NCBI GenBank assembly: GCA_038131165.1 | Contig: JAYPOZ010000004.1 | Location: 15,493 to 79,492 of the forward strand | Origin: Rickettsiales bacterium | GTDB lineage: Bacteria; Pseudomonadota; Alphaproteobacteria; UBA8366 | Length of the DNA stretch: 64,000 nt | Direction of reading: 5' to 3' | Part shown: piece after piece, positions 1 through 9,782 of the stretch | Position numbering within the stretch: position 1 is the first letter of the stretch | Layout of the letters: each line of letters begins with the position of its first letter | Notes under the pieces: generated by a model | Database searches by the model: none | What the model was told of the DNA's origin: nothing | Seen by the model: the letters and a program-made list of their open reading frames with translations, nothing else | Made by a program: the position numbers and the translations under genes

Positions 1-1
1 C

Positions 2-559
2 CTGCTGCGCGAGAAGGAAAAAGGCAAGCTGCGCCATCTCGGTCTCACGGAGACGCCGCCCAACGACCCGGCGGGCGAGATGCTGATCCGCGCCTCGCAG
101 GACCCGGTCTGGGAAGTCGTCATGCTCGGCTTTCACATGATGCATCAGGTGGCGCGCCGGAACTGTTTTCCGGGCACGATGAAACACGGCATCGGCACGG
201 TCCTGATGTTCGTGGTGCGCAGCATTTTCAGCATTCCGGGCCGCCTGGAGGAGACCCTGGCCGCGCTCGCCGCCGAAAAGAAAGTGCCCGACTGGCTCGG
301 CACGTCCGACAATCCGCTCGGCTTTCTGATCCATGAAGGCGGGGCGTCGAGCGTCATCGATGCGGCTTACCGGTATGCCCGCCACGAGCCGGGCGCGGAC
401 GTGGTCCTCTTCGGCAGCGGTGTCGAGGAGCACATCCGCACCAATATCGGCTCCATCCTGCGGCCGCCGCTGCCGGCCGAGGACGTGGCCCGGCTCAAGG
501 AGCTTTTCGGGCATCTCGAAGGCGTCGGCCTGGACCTGCCGGAGCCGCGCAAGACCTGA
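2..559 (+). CDS. aldo/keto reductase family protein, C-terminal part (5' end outside window)
   Basis: Frame 2 is open from the window edge to TGA 557-559; the listed ORF 80-559 is only its first in-window ATG. The translation (LLREKEKGKLRHLGLTE...VVLFGSGVEEHIRTNIGSI...) reads like the C-terminal half of an AKR. Family call is by eye. Confidence 0.6.
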   Translation: MLREKEKGKLRHLGLTETPPNDPAGEMLIRASQDPVWEVVMLGFHMMHQVARRNCFPGTMKHGIGTVLMFVVRSIFSIPGRLEETLAALAAEKKVPDWLGTSDNPLGFLIHEGGASSVIDAAYRYARHEPGADVVLFGSGVEEHIRTNIGSILRPPLPAEDVARLKELFGHLEGVGLDLPEPRKT

Positions 560-595
560 CCGTCGAACCGCTGATTGGAACAAGGAAACCGTCCC

Positions 596-1012
596 GTGGA
601 ACACACCCGCATTCGCCGCTTCAATACCAAGGACACTTATCCGGAACAAAACCTCGACAACGATCTGTGCCAGGCGGTTGCCGCGCGCGGGACGATGGTC
701 TTTCTGCGCGGCCAGTGCCCGCAGGAACTGGACGGCGGCAAGAATCTCGACAGCCACGATCCGGTCGAACAGACCCACAAGGTCATGCAGAACATCGCCC
801 AGCTGATCGAGGAAGCGGGCGGCCGGATGGAGCATTTGGTCAAGGTCGTCGTCTACATCACCGACATCCGCCACCGCGAGGCGGTCTACCGGACGATGGG
901 GCAATACATCAAAGGCGTCTTCCCGGTCTCCACCGGATTGGTCGTCCAAGCCCTGGCGCGGCCGGAATGGCTCGTCGAGATCGACGCGACCGCCGTCATC
1001 CCTGACAAGTGA
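596..1012 (+). CDS. RidA/YjgF/L-PSP family protein
   Basis: ORF 575-1012 has a RidA-like C-terminal core (VVVYITDIRHREAVY...STGLVVQALARPEWLVEIDATAV). GTG 596 is preferred because AAGGA lies about 9 nt upstream; TTG 575 is the alternative start. Confidence 0.7.
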   Translation: MEHTRIRRFNTKDTYPEQNLDNDLCQAVAARGTMVFLRGQCPQELDGGKNLDSHDPVEQTHKVMQNIAQLIEEAGGRMEHLVKVVVYITDIRHREAVYRTMGQYIKGVFPVSTGLVVQALARPEWLVEIDATAVIPDK

Positions 1013-1025
1013 TCGGAGCGCCGCC

Positions 1026-1700
1026 ATGACCTTTTCCATCGTTGCCCGCTGCGCCGAGACCGGCATGTTCGGTGTCGCGGTCTCGTCCTCCTCCCCCGCC
1101 GTGGCAGCCCGCTGCGCCTATGCCGAGGCGGGCGTGGGCGCGGTCTCCAGCCAGAACGTCACCGACCCGACGCTGGGCCCCGGCGCGCTTGCCCTGATGA
1201 AGGAGGGGGCGAGTGCCGCGGAGGCCGTCGCGGCGCTGCGCGACTCCCGCCCGCATATGACCTACCGCCAGGTCCTGGCGGTCGACGCCAAGGGCGGCAC
1301 GGCGATCCATTCCGGCTCCCACGCGCTCGGCATTTGCGCCGAGGCGTCGCGCCCGAACGTCGCCTGTGCCGGCAACATGCTGGCCGGCCCGGATGTGGCG
1401 CAGGCCATGGTCGATGCCTTCGAAGCCACCGCCGGCCCGCTCGGCGACCGCCTGATCGCGGTGATGCGGGCCGCCATCAAGGCGGGCGGCGAGGCCGGGC
1501 CGGTGCACTCCGCCGGGCTGAAACTGGTGCGCGAGGTGGCCTGGCCGGTCGCCGACCTCCGCGTCGACTGGACGGAGGACGACCCGATCGAGGCCCTGGC
1601 CGCGGTGTGGGAGATCTACCGCCCGCAGCTCGACGATTACGTGACCCGGGCGCTCGACCCGTCCGCGGCGCCGAGCTACGGCGTGCCGGGCGACGAATAG
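1026..1700 (+). CDS. DUF1028 family protein (Ntn-hydrolase-like)
   Basis: 224-aa ORF starting MTFSIVARCAETGMFGVAVSSSSPAVAARC, the typical DUF1028 N-terminus. It is tightly packed after the RidA gene. Confidence 0.65.
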   Translation: MTFSIVARCAETGMFGVAVSSSSPAVAARCAYAEAGVGAVSSQNVTDPTLGPGALALMKEGASAAEAVAALRDSRPHMTYRQVLAVDAKGGTAIHSGSHALGICAEASRPNVACAGNMLAGPDVAQAMVDAFEATAGPLGDRLIAVMRAAIKAGGEAGPVHSAGLKLVREVAWPVADLRVDWTEDDPIEALAAVWEIYRPQLDDYVTRALDPSAAPSYGVPGDE

Positions 1701-1711
1701 AAACAATATTT

Positions 1712-1731
1712 CGATAATTTTAGAATTATCG
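1712..1731. promoter_or_regulatory. candidate operator: 20-bp near-perfect palindrome CGATAATTTTAGAATTATCG
   Basis: 9 of 10 base pairs are self-complementary. It sits in an AT-rich gap about 35 nt upstream of the ArsR-family ATG (1767). Confidence 0.45.
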
Positions 1732-1766
1732 TTGCGTTTGGTTTCTTATCCGTCTATAACCGCCGC

Positions 1767-2087
1767 ATGAACGAAGAAACCGCTGCATCGCGCATGGAAG
1801 CCCTCGGGCATTCGACGCGTCTTTCGATCTACCGCCTGCTGGTGAAGGCCGGCGACGACGGCCTGATCGTGGGCGACATCCAGAAGGCGCTCGACGTGCC
1901 GGCCTCGACGCTCTCGCATCATCTGGCGAAATTGGCCCGGGTCGGGCTGGTGAGCCAGGGGCGGCGCGGGCGGGAGATTTATTGCAGCGTGGATTACGAC
2001 GAAATGCGGGCGCTGATCGGCTTCCTCACCGAGGAATGCTGCACCGGGGTCTGCCTGGAACAGAGCGACGCGCAGGACGCGGCTTAG
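1767..2087 (+). CDS. ArsR/SmtB family transcriptional regulator
   Basis: 106 aa with a winged-HTH core (LGHSTRLSIYRLL...VPASTLSHHLAKLARVGLV) and a C-terminal Cys cluster EECCTGVC. Confidence 0.85.
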   Translation: MNEETAASRMEALGHSTRLSIYRLLVKAGDDGLIVGDIQKALDVPASTLSHHLAKLARVGLVSQGRRGREIYCSVDYDEMRALIGFLTEECCTGVCLEQSDAQDAA

Positions 2088-2117
2088 CGTTTTGGCCTAT
2101 AGCGACGGAGAGCGACA

Positions 2118-3155
2118 ATGTCGGATATTTCCCTCCAATTGAAGAATGCCGCCGGATTCGGCCGCCGGATCGAGCGCGCCTGGCTGGTGGTGCTGGCGAT
2201 CTTCGTGGGCCTCGCCCTTTTCGTGCCGGATCAGGCCGGGGCCAGCCTTGGCTTCGTCGCGGACGCGCTGACGGAGATGGCGCCGTTCCTGGCGCTCGCC
2301 ATCGGTGTTGCCGCCTATGCGCGCGCCAGCGGCGCCGACGGCCTGATCGCCAAGGCATTCCAGGGCCGGATGTCGGCGATGATCGTCTTCGCCGCGCTCT
2401 TCGGTGCCATGTCGCCGTTCTGCTCCTGCGGCGTGATCCCCTTGATCGCGGCTCTGCTTGCGATGGGCGTGCCGGTGCCGGCGGTGATGGCCTTTTGGCT
2501 CGCCTCGCCGCTGATGGATCCCTCGATGTTCGTGCTCACGACGGGAACGCTCGGCCTCGAATTCGCGGTGGCGAAAACCCTGGCGGCGGTCGGCATCGGC
2601 CTGATGGGCGGGTTTACGACCGCGGCCCTGATGGCGCGGGGCGCCTTCGCCGATCCGCTGCGCGAGGGCATCGGGGGCGGCTGTTGCGGCGGGCCCAAGC
2701 TCGATGCCCAGGCCCGCGTCGCTTGGACGTTCTGGCGGGAAGACGAGCGGCGACGGAAATTCTACAAGGAATCCGGCACGACCGCATTGTTCCTGCTGAA
2801 ATGGCTGACTCTCGCCTTCCTGCTGGAAAGCCTGATGCTGGCCTATATCTCGGCCGACCAGATCGCGCCGGTGCTGGGCCAGGGCAATGCCTGGGCAATT
2901 CCGCTCGCCACGCTCGTCGGCGTGCCCGCCTATCTCAACGGCTATGCCGCGCTGCCGCTGGTCTCGGGCCTGATCGAGATGGGCACCGCGCCGGGCGCCG
3001 GAATGGCCTTCCTGGTCGCGGGCGGGGTCACCAGCCTGCCCGCCGCCATCGCCGTCTACGCGCTGGTCCGAAAGCCGGTTTTCGCGTGGTATATCGCGCT
3101 CTCGCTGATTGGCGGGCTGCTCGCCGGCGGGCTGTTCCAGCTCTACGCCGGCTGA
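2118..3155 (+). CDS. COG0701-type permease (ArsP-like putative organoarsenical/metalloid exporter)
   Basis: 345-aa polytopic membrane protein with a PFCSCGVIPL motif. GGAG lies 7 nt upstream of the ATG, and the gene follows arsR by 30 nt. Confidence 0.7.
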   Translation: MSDISLQLKNAAGFGRRIERAWLVVLAIFVGLALFVPDQAGASLGFVADALTEMAPFLALAIGVAAYARASGADGLIAKAFQGRMSAMIVFAALFGAMSPFCSCGVIPLIAALLAMGVPVPAVMAFWLASPLMDPSMFVLTTGTLGLEFAVAKTLAAVGIGLMGGFTTAALMARGAFADPLREGIGGGCCGGPKLDAQARVAWTFWREDERRRKFYKESGTTALFLLKWLTLAFLLESLMLAYISADQIAPVLGQGNAWAIPLATLVGVPAYLNGYAALPLVSGLIEMGTAPGAGMAFLVAGGVTSLPAAIAVYALVRKPVFAWYIALSLIGGLLAGGLFQLYAG

Positions 3156-3215
3156 TCGCCGCGGGCCGGGTTTTCGGGGCTTGGCGGCGCCACGCGGTCC
3201 TTGCATATTAGCGCG

Positions 3216-4097
3216 ATGACCGACTACCGACACATTACCGTCACTCCGCTCACCCCCGCCGTCGGCGCGGCGGTCGGCGGGATCGACATCGCGGCGGGCG
3301 TCGACGACGCGGCGCTGCGGGAAGTGCACGCGGCCCTGATGGCGCACGGCGCCGTTTTCTTCCGCGATCAGGACATCACGCCGGTCCAGCAGCGCGATTT
3401 CGCCGCCCGCTTCGGCCGCCTGCGCACTGCCAAGCGCTCGGCCTTCCTGGTCGAGGAGGGGGTGCCGGAAATGCACGTCCTGATCAACGACCGCGAGCGA
3501 CCGCCCAACGTCAACCATTACCATTCGGACGGCATTTTCCGGGCCGAGCCGGAATTCGCCTCGATCCTGCGCGCCGTCGAATGCCCCGAGACCGGCGGCG
3601 ACACGATCTTCGTCGGCATGCAGGCGGCCTACGCGGCGCTCTCGGACGAAATGAAAGCCTATCTCGAGGGCAAGGAGGCGGTGCACGATTTCATGAAACT
3701 GCACGGCAGCCCGAAGAAGGCGCGCAGCTGGGAAGGCGACAATGCCGAACGCATGGAGGCGTCGCGCCGCGCCAATCCGCCGGTCGCCCACCCGATGGTG
3801 AAGACCCACCCGGTCACCGGCGCCAAGAGCCTCTACATCTCCGAAAGCTTCACCGCCAGCGTGCTCGGCGTCGGCGAAGACGAGAGCCGGGGCCTGCTCG
3901 ACCTGCTGAACCGCCATTGCGCGCGGCCCGAATTCCAGTGCCGCTTCCATTGGCGGCCGCACTCGATGGCGCTCTGGGACAATCGCGCCACCATGCATTA
4001 CGCGGTCGCGGATTATTGGCCGGAAAAGCGCTTGATGAACCGGGTCACGATCGAGACCGACGCCATCGGCGAAGCGAAGGCCGTCGCGGCGGAGTAG
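3216..4097 (+). CDS. TauD/TfdA family Fe(II)/2-oxoglutarate dioxygenase
   Basis: Contains HSDGIF (an HxD facial-triad motif) and WDNRATMHYA near the C-terminus. Start placed at ATG 3216 (MTDYRHITV), inside ORF 3201-4097. Confidence 0.8.
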   Translation: MTDYRHITVTPLTPAVGAAVGGIDIAAGVDDAALREVHAALMAHGAVFFRDQDITPVQQRDFAARFGRLRTAKRSAFLVEEGVPEMHVLINDRERPPNVNHYHSDGIFRAEPEFASILRAVECPETGGDTIFVGMQAAYAALSDEMKAYLEGKEAVHDFMKLHGSPKKARSWEGDNAERMEASRRANPPVAHPMVKTHPVTGAKSLYISESFTASVLGVGEDESRGLLDLLNRHCARPEFQCRFHWRPHSMALWDNRATMHYAVADYWPEKRLMNRVTIETDAIGEAKAVAAE

Positions 4098-4129
4098 ACC
4101 GCCGTTGCCGATCGGGACAAGCGCGGCGT

Positions 4130-5275
4130 CTAGCCCGAGAGCTTCATCCGCTTGGCGATGATCTGCAGCATGATCTCGTTCGAGCCGCCGCCGATGGCCG
4201 CCACCTTCATGTCGCGGTAGGTGCGGCTGATGCGGTTCTCGTGCATGAAACCCTGGCCGCCCCAGAAACGCAGGCATTCGCCCGGAATCCATTCCGCGAG
4301 CCGGCCCATCTTGTACTTCGCCATCGACGCCAGGGTCGTGATGTCCTCGCCGGCCACGTATTTCTCGGTGGCGATGTGCAGCATCGCGCGCAGCGCCTCG
4401 ACCTCGGTCTGCATCTCGGCGATCCGAAAGGCGACGAACTGATTGTCGAGCACGGCGCGCCCGAACGCCTGGCGGTCGCTTGTATACTCGACGGTGGTGT
4501 CGATCGCGTCCTGCAGAACGCCGAGCGAGCGCGCCACCACATAAAGGCGCTCCTCCTGGAACTGCTCCATCTGGTAGATGAAACCGCGGCCTTCCTCGCC
4601 GATCAGATGGTGCGCGGGCACACGCACGTCGTCGAAGAAAATCTGCGCCGTGTCCGAGGAATGCAGGCCCAACTTTTCCAGTTTGTGGCGGGTGACGCCC
4701 TTCGCGTTCAGCGGCACGACGATCAGCGATTTGTTGCGGTGCGGGCCGTTCTCCTCGCCGGTGTTCACCAGCATGCACATCCAGTCGGCCTGGATGCCGT
4801 TCGAAATCCACATCTTCTGGCCGTTGATGACGTAATCGCCGCCGTCGCGCCGCGCGACGCTCTTCACATTGGCGACGTCGGAGCCGGAGCCGACCTCGGA
4901 GACGCCGATGCAACCGACGAGATCGCCCGCGAAGGTCGGCGCCAGCCACTCGGCCCGCAAGTCGTCGCCGCCGTAGCGCGCGAGGGCCGGCACGCACATA
5001 TTGGTCTGCACGCCGATGGCGGTGGAGACGCCGTAGGCGTGGATCGCGCCCATCTCCTCGGCGCAGGCGACTTCGTAGGAATAGTCCAGATCGAGGCCGC
5101 CGTAGTCGCTCGGCCGCGAGATGCCGATCAGCCCGGCATCGCCGAGCAGTTTCATGACGTGATGGGCGGGAAACTGGCCGTCGCGCTCCCACTCGTCGAC
5201 ATGGGGATTGATGTCTTCGTCGACAATCCGCCGCGCGGTGCGGCGCAGCGCATCGTGCTCGTGGGTCCACTGCAT
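4130..5275 (-). CDS. acyl-CoA dehydrogenase family protein
   Basis: ACAD-like along its whole length (GVSEVGSGSDVANVKSVARRDGGDYVINGQKMWISNG; C-terminal IGGGSNEIMLQIIAKRM). Start moved to ATG 5275 (MQWTHEHD), preceded by GGGAGAG, giving 381 aa. The ORF track extends to 5365. Confidence 0.85.
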   Translation of the reverse strand: MQWTHEHDALRRTARRIVDEDINPHVDEWERDGQFPAHHVMKLLGDAGLIGISRPSDYGGLDLDYSYEVACAEEMGAIHAYGVSTAIGVQTNMCVPALARYGGDDLRAEWLAPTFAGDLVGCIGVSEVGSGSDVANVKSVARRDGGDYVINGQKMWISNGIQADWMCMLVNTGEENGPHRNKSLIVVPLNAKGVTRHKLEKLGLHSSDTAQIFFDDVRVPAHHLIGEEGRGFIYQMEQFQEERLYVVARSLGVLQDAIDTTVEYTSDRQAFGRAVLDNQFVAFRIAEMQTEVEALRAMLHIATEKYVAGEDITTLASMAKYKMGRLAEWIPGECLRFWGGQGFMHENRISRTYRDMKVAAIGGGSNEIMLQIIAKRMKLSG

Positions 5276-5358
5276 TCCGGCTCTCCCGTATTGGTTTCGC
5301 CAACCATCTATGACCTTAAGCTCGGGCGCAAATGGAGGCGGCGTCCGATTCATTGATG

Positions 5359-5390
5359 TTGACAATTTATCGATAAATTATCAGTATAAT
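5359..5390 (+). promoter_or_regulatory. candidate promoter/operator: TTGACA (5359-5364), 16-bp perfect palindrome AATTTATCGATAAATT (5364-5379), TATAAT (5385-5390)
   Basis: The hexamers match the sigma70 consensus but are 20 nt apart, longer than optimal. The palindrome fills the spacer. The site lies in the divergent gap between the ACAD and 5-oxoprolinase genes. Confidence 0.4.
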
Positions 5391-5464
5391 GTCCATTAAA
5401 ATGAAACGGAACTCCGGGTCCGCGTTATGTCCCGAGATGACCATGCGAGAGGGAGAGACGGCAG

Positions 5465-8400
5465 ATGGACGGCAGCGGCGCAATGAAATCCGGCTGGCAG
5501 TTTTGGATCGACCGCGGCGGCACCTTCACGGATATCGTGGCGCGCCAACCGGACGGCGAACTGAAGACGCACAAGCTGCTGTCCGAGAATCCGGAGGCCT
5601 ATCGGGATGCCGCCGTCCAGGGCATCCGCGACCTGCTGGGCGTGGCTAAGGACGCGCCGATCCCGGCGGGCCAGATCGACGCCGTCAAGATGGGCACCAC
5701 GGTGGCGACCAACGCGCTCCTGGAGCGCAAGGGCGACCGTACCCTGCTGGCGACCACCAGCGGATTCCGCGACCAGCTGCGCATCGGCTATCAGACCCGC
5801 CCGGACCTGTTCGCGCGCGAGATCGTGCTGCCGGAAATGCTCTATGAGAGCGTCGTCGAGATCGAAGAGCGCGTCCGCGCCGACGGCGCCGTCGAGACGC
5901 CGCTCGACCTCGAAGGCGCCCGCCCGCTGCTGCAGGCCGCCTACGACGACGGCATCCGCGCCGTCGCCGTCGTCTTCATGCACGGCTACCGTTTTCCGGA
6001 GCACGAGCTGGCGGTCGCGGCGCTCGCGCGCGAGATCGGCTTCACCCAGGTCTCGACCAGCTATGAGACCAGCCCGCTGATGAAATTCGTCAGCCGGGGC
6101 GACACCACGGTCGTCGACGCCTATCTGTCGCCGCTGTTGCGCCGCTATGTCGATCAGGTCGCCTCACAGCTCGGCGACACGCGGCTGATGTTCATGCAGT
6201 CGAACGGCGGGCTGACCGACGCCCATCTGTTTCAGGGCAAGGACGCCATCCTGTCGGGCCCCGCGGGCGGCATCGTCGGCGCGGTCGAGACCGCGGCCCA
6301 GGCGGGGTTCGAGCGCATCATCTCCTTCGACATGGGCGGGACCTCGACGGACGTGGCTCACTACGACGGCGAATACGAGCGCGCCTTCGAGACGCTGGTG
6401 GCCGGCGTGCGCATGCGGGCGCCGATGATGATGATCCACACGGTCGCGGCGGGCGGCGGCTCGATCTGTTTCTTCGACGGATCCCGCTACCGGGTCGGGC
6501 CGGAGAGCGCGGGCGCCAATCCCGGCCCCGCCTGCTACCGTCGCGGCGGTCCGCTGACGGTGACCGACTGCAACGTCATGCTCGGCAAGCTGCAGCCGGA
6601 CTTCTTCCCCAACGTCTTCGGTCCGCATCAGGACGCGCCGCTTGACGCCGCGGCGGTGCACGAGAAGTTCGAGGCGCTGGCAAAGGAGATTCACGACGCC
6701 ACCGGCGATCGCCGAAGTCCGGTCGAGGTCGCCGACGGCTATCTGAAGATCGCGGTCGAGAACATGGCGAACGCGATCAAGAAAATCTCGGTGCAGCGGG
6801 GCTACGACGTCACCGGCTACACCTTGAACTGTTTCGGCGGTGCCGGCGGCCAGCATGCCTGCCTCGTCGCCGACGCGCTCGGCATGACCAAGGTCCTGAT
6901 CCACCCCTTTGCAGGCGTTCTCTCCGCCTATGGCATGGGCCTGGCGGACATCCGGGCGATGCGCGAGCGCGCGGTCGAGACCCGTCTCGAAGACGGCGCC
7001 ATGGACGCGCTCGCGAGCGTCCTCGACGAGTTGAGCGCGGAAGCCACGGCGGAGCTGTCTCGCCAGGGCATCGCCGATGCCCAGATCGAAGTGCTGCGCC
7101 GCGCCCATCTGCGCTACGAAGGCACGGACACGCCGCATCTGATCGATGTCTCGACCCCGGCGGTGATGCAGAAGAGCTTCGAGGACTCCCACCGCCAGCG
7201 CTACGGCTTCATCATGCCCGAGAAAAGCCTGATCATCGAAGCCGCGGCGGTCGAGGCCATCGGCGTGATGACGGAGACCGACGAGAAGGAGATCGCCAAC
7301 GCCAATACCGCCGATGCGCGGGCTCTGGCGGAGGTCTCGGCCTTCATGGCCGGGCAGGAGCACACGACGCCCGTCTACGACCGCGACACCTTCGCGCCGG
7401 GAACCACGATCACCGGTCCCGCGGTCATCCGCGAGCAGACCGCCACCACCATCGTCGAGCCCGGCTGGCGCGCCCAACTTACCCCGAAGGGCCATCTCGT
7501 CCTCGACCGGGTCGTGGCGCTGGAGCGGGCCTATGCGGTCGGCACCGAATGCGATCCCGTCATGCTCGAGGTGTTCAACAACCTGTTCATGTCGATCGCC
7601 GAGCAAATGGGGCTGACCTTGGAGAACACGGCCTTCTCCGTGAACATCAAGGAGCGGCTCGACTTCTCCTGCGCGATCTTCGATCCGGACGGCATGCTGG
7701 TGGCCAACGCGCCGCACATCCCGATCCATCTGGGCTCGATGAGCGAGAGCATCCGCACGGTCATCCGCGAGAACGCCGGCAAGATGAAGCCGGGCGACGT
7801 CTTCGTGGTAAATGCGCCCTATAACGGCGGCACCCACCTGCCCGACGTCACCGTCATCACCCCGATTTTCGGCGACGACGGCAAGGATATCCTGTTCTTC
7901 GTCGCCAGCCGCGGCCATCACGCCGATATCGGCGGCATCACGCCGGGCTCGATGCCCCCCGACAGCAAGGTCGTCGAGGAAGAAGGCATCCTGTTCGACA
8001 ATTTCAAACTCGTCGACCAAGGCGCATTCCTGGAGGACAAACTCCGCCACCATCTCGCCGACCATCCCTATCCGGCGCGCAATCCGGACCATAACGTCGC
8101 CGACCTGAAGGCCCAGATCGCCGCCGGCGAGAAAGGCGTACAAGAAGTCCGGAAGATGATCGATCAGTTCGGCCTCGACGTCGTGCATGCATACATGCGG
8201 CACGTACAGGACAACGCGGAAGAGCAGGTCCGCCGCGTCATCGACGTGATGCAGGACGGCGAATTCACCTATCCGATGGACGAAGGCGCTGAAATAAAAG
8301 TGAAAATCACCTTCGATAAGCAGAATCGTTCTGCCATTGTCGATTTTACCGGCACCAGCGATCAGCGGCCGTCGAACTACAACGCGCCCTCCGCTGTCGC

Positions 8401-9115
8401 TCGTTCGGCCGTACTGTACGTCTTCCGCTGCCTGGTCGACGACAGCATACCGCTGAACGAAGGCTGCCTGAAGCCGATCAAGATCATCATCCCGGAAGGC
8501 TCGATGCTGGCGCCGAAATATCCGGCCGCCGTGGTGGCCGGCAATGTCGAGACCAGCCAGGCGGTCACCGACACGTTGTTCGGCGCCCTCGGCGTGCAGG
8601 CGGCAAGCCAGGGCACGATGAACAACGTCACCTTCGGCAACGCCCGTCACCAATACTACGAGACGGTCTGCGGCGGCTCCGGCGCCGGGCCCGACTTCGA
8701 CGGCACGTCCGCGGTGCACACGCATATGACCAATACGCGCCTCACCGACCCCGAAGTCCTGGAATGGCGCTATCCGGTGCTGCTGGAGAGTTTCGGAATC
8801 CGCCACGGCAGCGGCGGCGCCGGGCGTCACACCGGCGGTTCGGGCACCCTGCGCCGCATCCGCTTTCTCGAGGACATGGAGGTCATCATCCTCTCGAACC
8901 ACCGCATCGTGCCGCCCTACGGGGTCGCGGGCGGTGCCCCCGGCGCGTGCGGGCGCAACTGGATCGAGCGGACCGATGGCAGCCGCGACGAAATGACCGC
9001 GATGGACAAGCGCCATGTTGCGGCGGGCGATGTCTTCGTCCTGCAAACGCCGACCGGCGGCGGCTACGGCCCGGCAACGGAGCGGGTCGAACCGCTGCCG
9101 GAAGCGGCGGAATGA
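5465..9115 (+). CDS. 5-oxoprolinase / hydantoinase A-B fusion protein (ATP-hydrolysing)
   Basis: 1216-aa single polypeptide. It has an N-terminal hydantoinase-A signature ([13 protein letters not shown]) and a hydantoinase-B-like C-terminal half. GGAGAG lies 7 nt upstream of ATG 5465. Confidence 0.9.
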   Translation: MDGSGAMKSGWQFWIDRGGTFTDIVARQPDGELKTHKLLSENPEAYRDAAVQGIRDLLGVAKDAPIPAGQIDAVKMGTTVATNALLERKGDRTLLATTSGFRDQLRIGYQTRPDLFAREIVLPEMLYESVVEIEERVRADGAVETPLDLEGARPLLQAAYDDGIRAVAVVFMHGYRFPEHELAVAALAREIGFTQVSTSYETSPLMKFVSRGDTTVVDAYLSPLLRRYVDQVASQLGDTRLMFMQSNGGLTDAHLFQGKDAILSGPAGGIVGAVETAAQAGFERIISFDMGGTSTDVAHYDGEYERAFETLVAGVRMRAPMMMIHTVAAGGGSICFFDGSRYRVGPESAGANPGPACYRRGGPLTVTDCNVMLGKLQPDFFPNVFGPHQDAPLDAAAVHEKFEALAKEIHDATGDRRSPVEVADGYLKIAVENMANAIKKISVQRGYDVTGYTLNCFGGAGGQHACLVADALGMTKVLIHPFAGVLSAYGMGLADIRAMRERAVETRLEDGAMDALASVLDELSAEATAELSRQGIADAQIEVLRRAHLRYEGTDTPHLIDVSTPAVMQKSFEDSHRQRYGFIMPEKSLIIEAAAVEAIGVMTETDEKEIANANTADARALAEVSAFMAGQEHTTPVYDRDTFAPGTTITGPAVIREQTATTIVEPGWRAQLTPKGHLVLDRVVALERAYAVGTECDPVMLEVFNNLFMSIAEQMGLTLENTAFSVNIKERLDFSCAIFDPDGMLVANAPHIPIHLGSMSESIRTVIRENAGKMKPGDVFVVNAPYNGGTHLPDVTVITPIFGDDGKDILFFVASRGHHADIGGITPGSMPPDSKVVEEEGILFDNFKLVDQGAFLEDKLRHHLADHPYPARNPDHNVADLKAQIAAGEKGVQEVRKMIDQFGLDVVHAYMRHVQDNAEEQVRRVIDVMQDGEFTYPMDEGAEIKVKITFDKQNRSAIVDFTGTSDQRPSNYNAPSAVARSAVLYVFRCLVDDSIPLNEGCLKPIKIIIPEGSMLAPKYPAAVVAGNVETSQAVTDTLFGALGVQAASQGTMNNVTFGNARHQYYETVCGGSGAGPDFDGTSAVHTHMTNTRLTDPEVLEWRYPVLLESFGIRHGSGGAGRHTGGSGTLRRIRFLEDMEVIILSNHRIVPPYGVAGGAPGACGRNWIERTDGSRDEMTAMDKRHVAAGDVFVLQTPTGGGYGPATERVEPLPEAAE

Positions 9116-9159
9116 GCCTCCGCCAGCCCTCGCCCTCCCATCCCCGCTTGCGCGCGGAC

Positions 9160-9252
9160 GGGCCCCTCCCTCTCCCGCAGGCGGGAGAGGGGTTTGAAAA
9201 TCCCGGCGGCGCGACTCCCTCTCCCGCAAGCGGGAGAGGGTCGGGGTGAGGG
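9160..9252. repeat. two tandem REP-like GC-rich hairpins (CCCTCTCCCGC-nn-GCGGGAGAGGG) plus a TCGGGGTGAGGG tail
   Basis: Perfect 11-bp stems at 9168-9178/9181-9191 and 9217-9227/9230-9240. The unit resembles the widespread alphaproteobacterial intergenic element that yields 'PLPQAGEGRGEG'-type pseudo-ORFs. Confidence 0.8.
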
Positions 9253-9260
9253 AAACGCGC

Positions 9261-9782
9261 ATGATGCCCCGCCCTTCAAAGAGCCGGATCGTCTCCTCGT
9301 CCCATCTGGTCGCCGAGGATGCGGCGGAGACGAGCGAGCTCGAATACGGGCTTTTCGTCGCGACCAATGCCTTCAACCGTTGGATCGTGCGCTGCATGGC
9401 GGCGGCCGGCGTGGCGGATCTCGGCGCACTCGATGTCATGGTGCTGCACACGGTCAATCATCGCGACCGGCCCAAAAAACTGGCGGACATCTGCTTTACC
9501 CTCAATATCGAGGATACCCACACGGTCAACTACGCGTTGAAGAAACTGGCGAAGCAGGGACTGGTCGATGCCGAACGGCAGGGCAAGGAGCGCCTCTACG
9601 AGACCAGCGCCGAAGGCCGCGCCGCCTGCGACCGTTACCGGGAAGTCCGCGATGCCTGCCTGATCGAGACATTGACCGCGCTTGGTTCCGTCGACACCGA
9701 GGAGATCGGCGACGCCGCCCGGGTCCTGCGCGCGCTCTCGGGCCTCTATGACCAGGCCGCCCGCGCGGCGACGAGCCTGTAA
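9261..9782 (+). CDS. winged-helix (MarR-like) transcriptional regulator
   Basis: Contains LDVMVLHTVNHRDRPKKLADICFTLNIEDTHTVNYALKKLAKQGLVD, a wHTH-like segment. ATG 9261 is preceded by GAGGGA; the ORF track starts at GTG 9246. Confidence 0.6.
   Translation: MMPRPSKSRIVSSSHLVAEDAAETSELEYGLFVATNAFNRWIVRCMAAAGVADLGALDVMVLHTVNHRDRPKKLADICFTLNIEDTHTVNYALKKLAKQGLVDAERQGKERLYETSAEGRAACDRYREVRDACLIETLTALGSVDTEEIGDAARVLRALSGLYDQAARAATSL

Noticed and set aside
2097-5303. A 1068-aa ORF on the minus strand spanning the permease, TauD and ACAD loci.
   Set aside because: It is Arg/Gly/Ala/Pro-rich low-complexity translation with no recognisable motifs. It lies antisense or out of frame to three ORFs with clear family signatures, the typical open antisense frame of a high-GC genome.
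6164-9457. A 1097-aa ORF antisense to the 5-oxoprolinase gene.
   Set aside because: This is the same high-GC artefact. The sense ORF carries the hydantoinase A/B motifs and a good RBS, while the antisense translation is repetitive R/G/A/D-rich.
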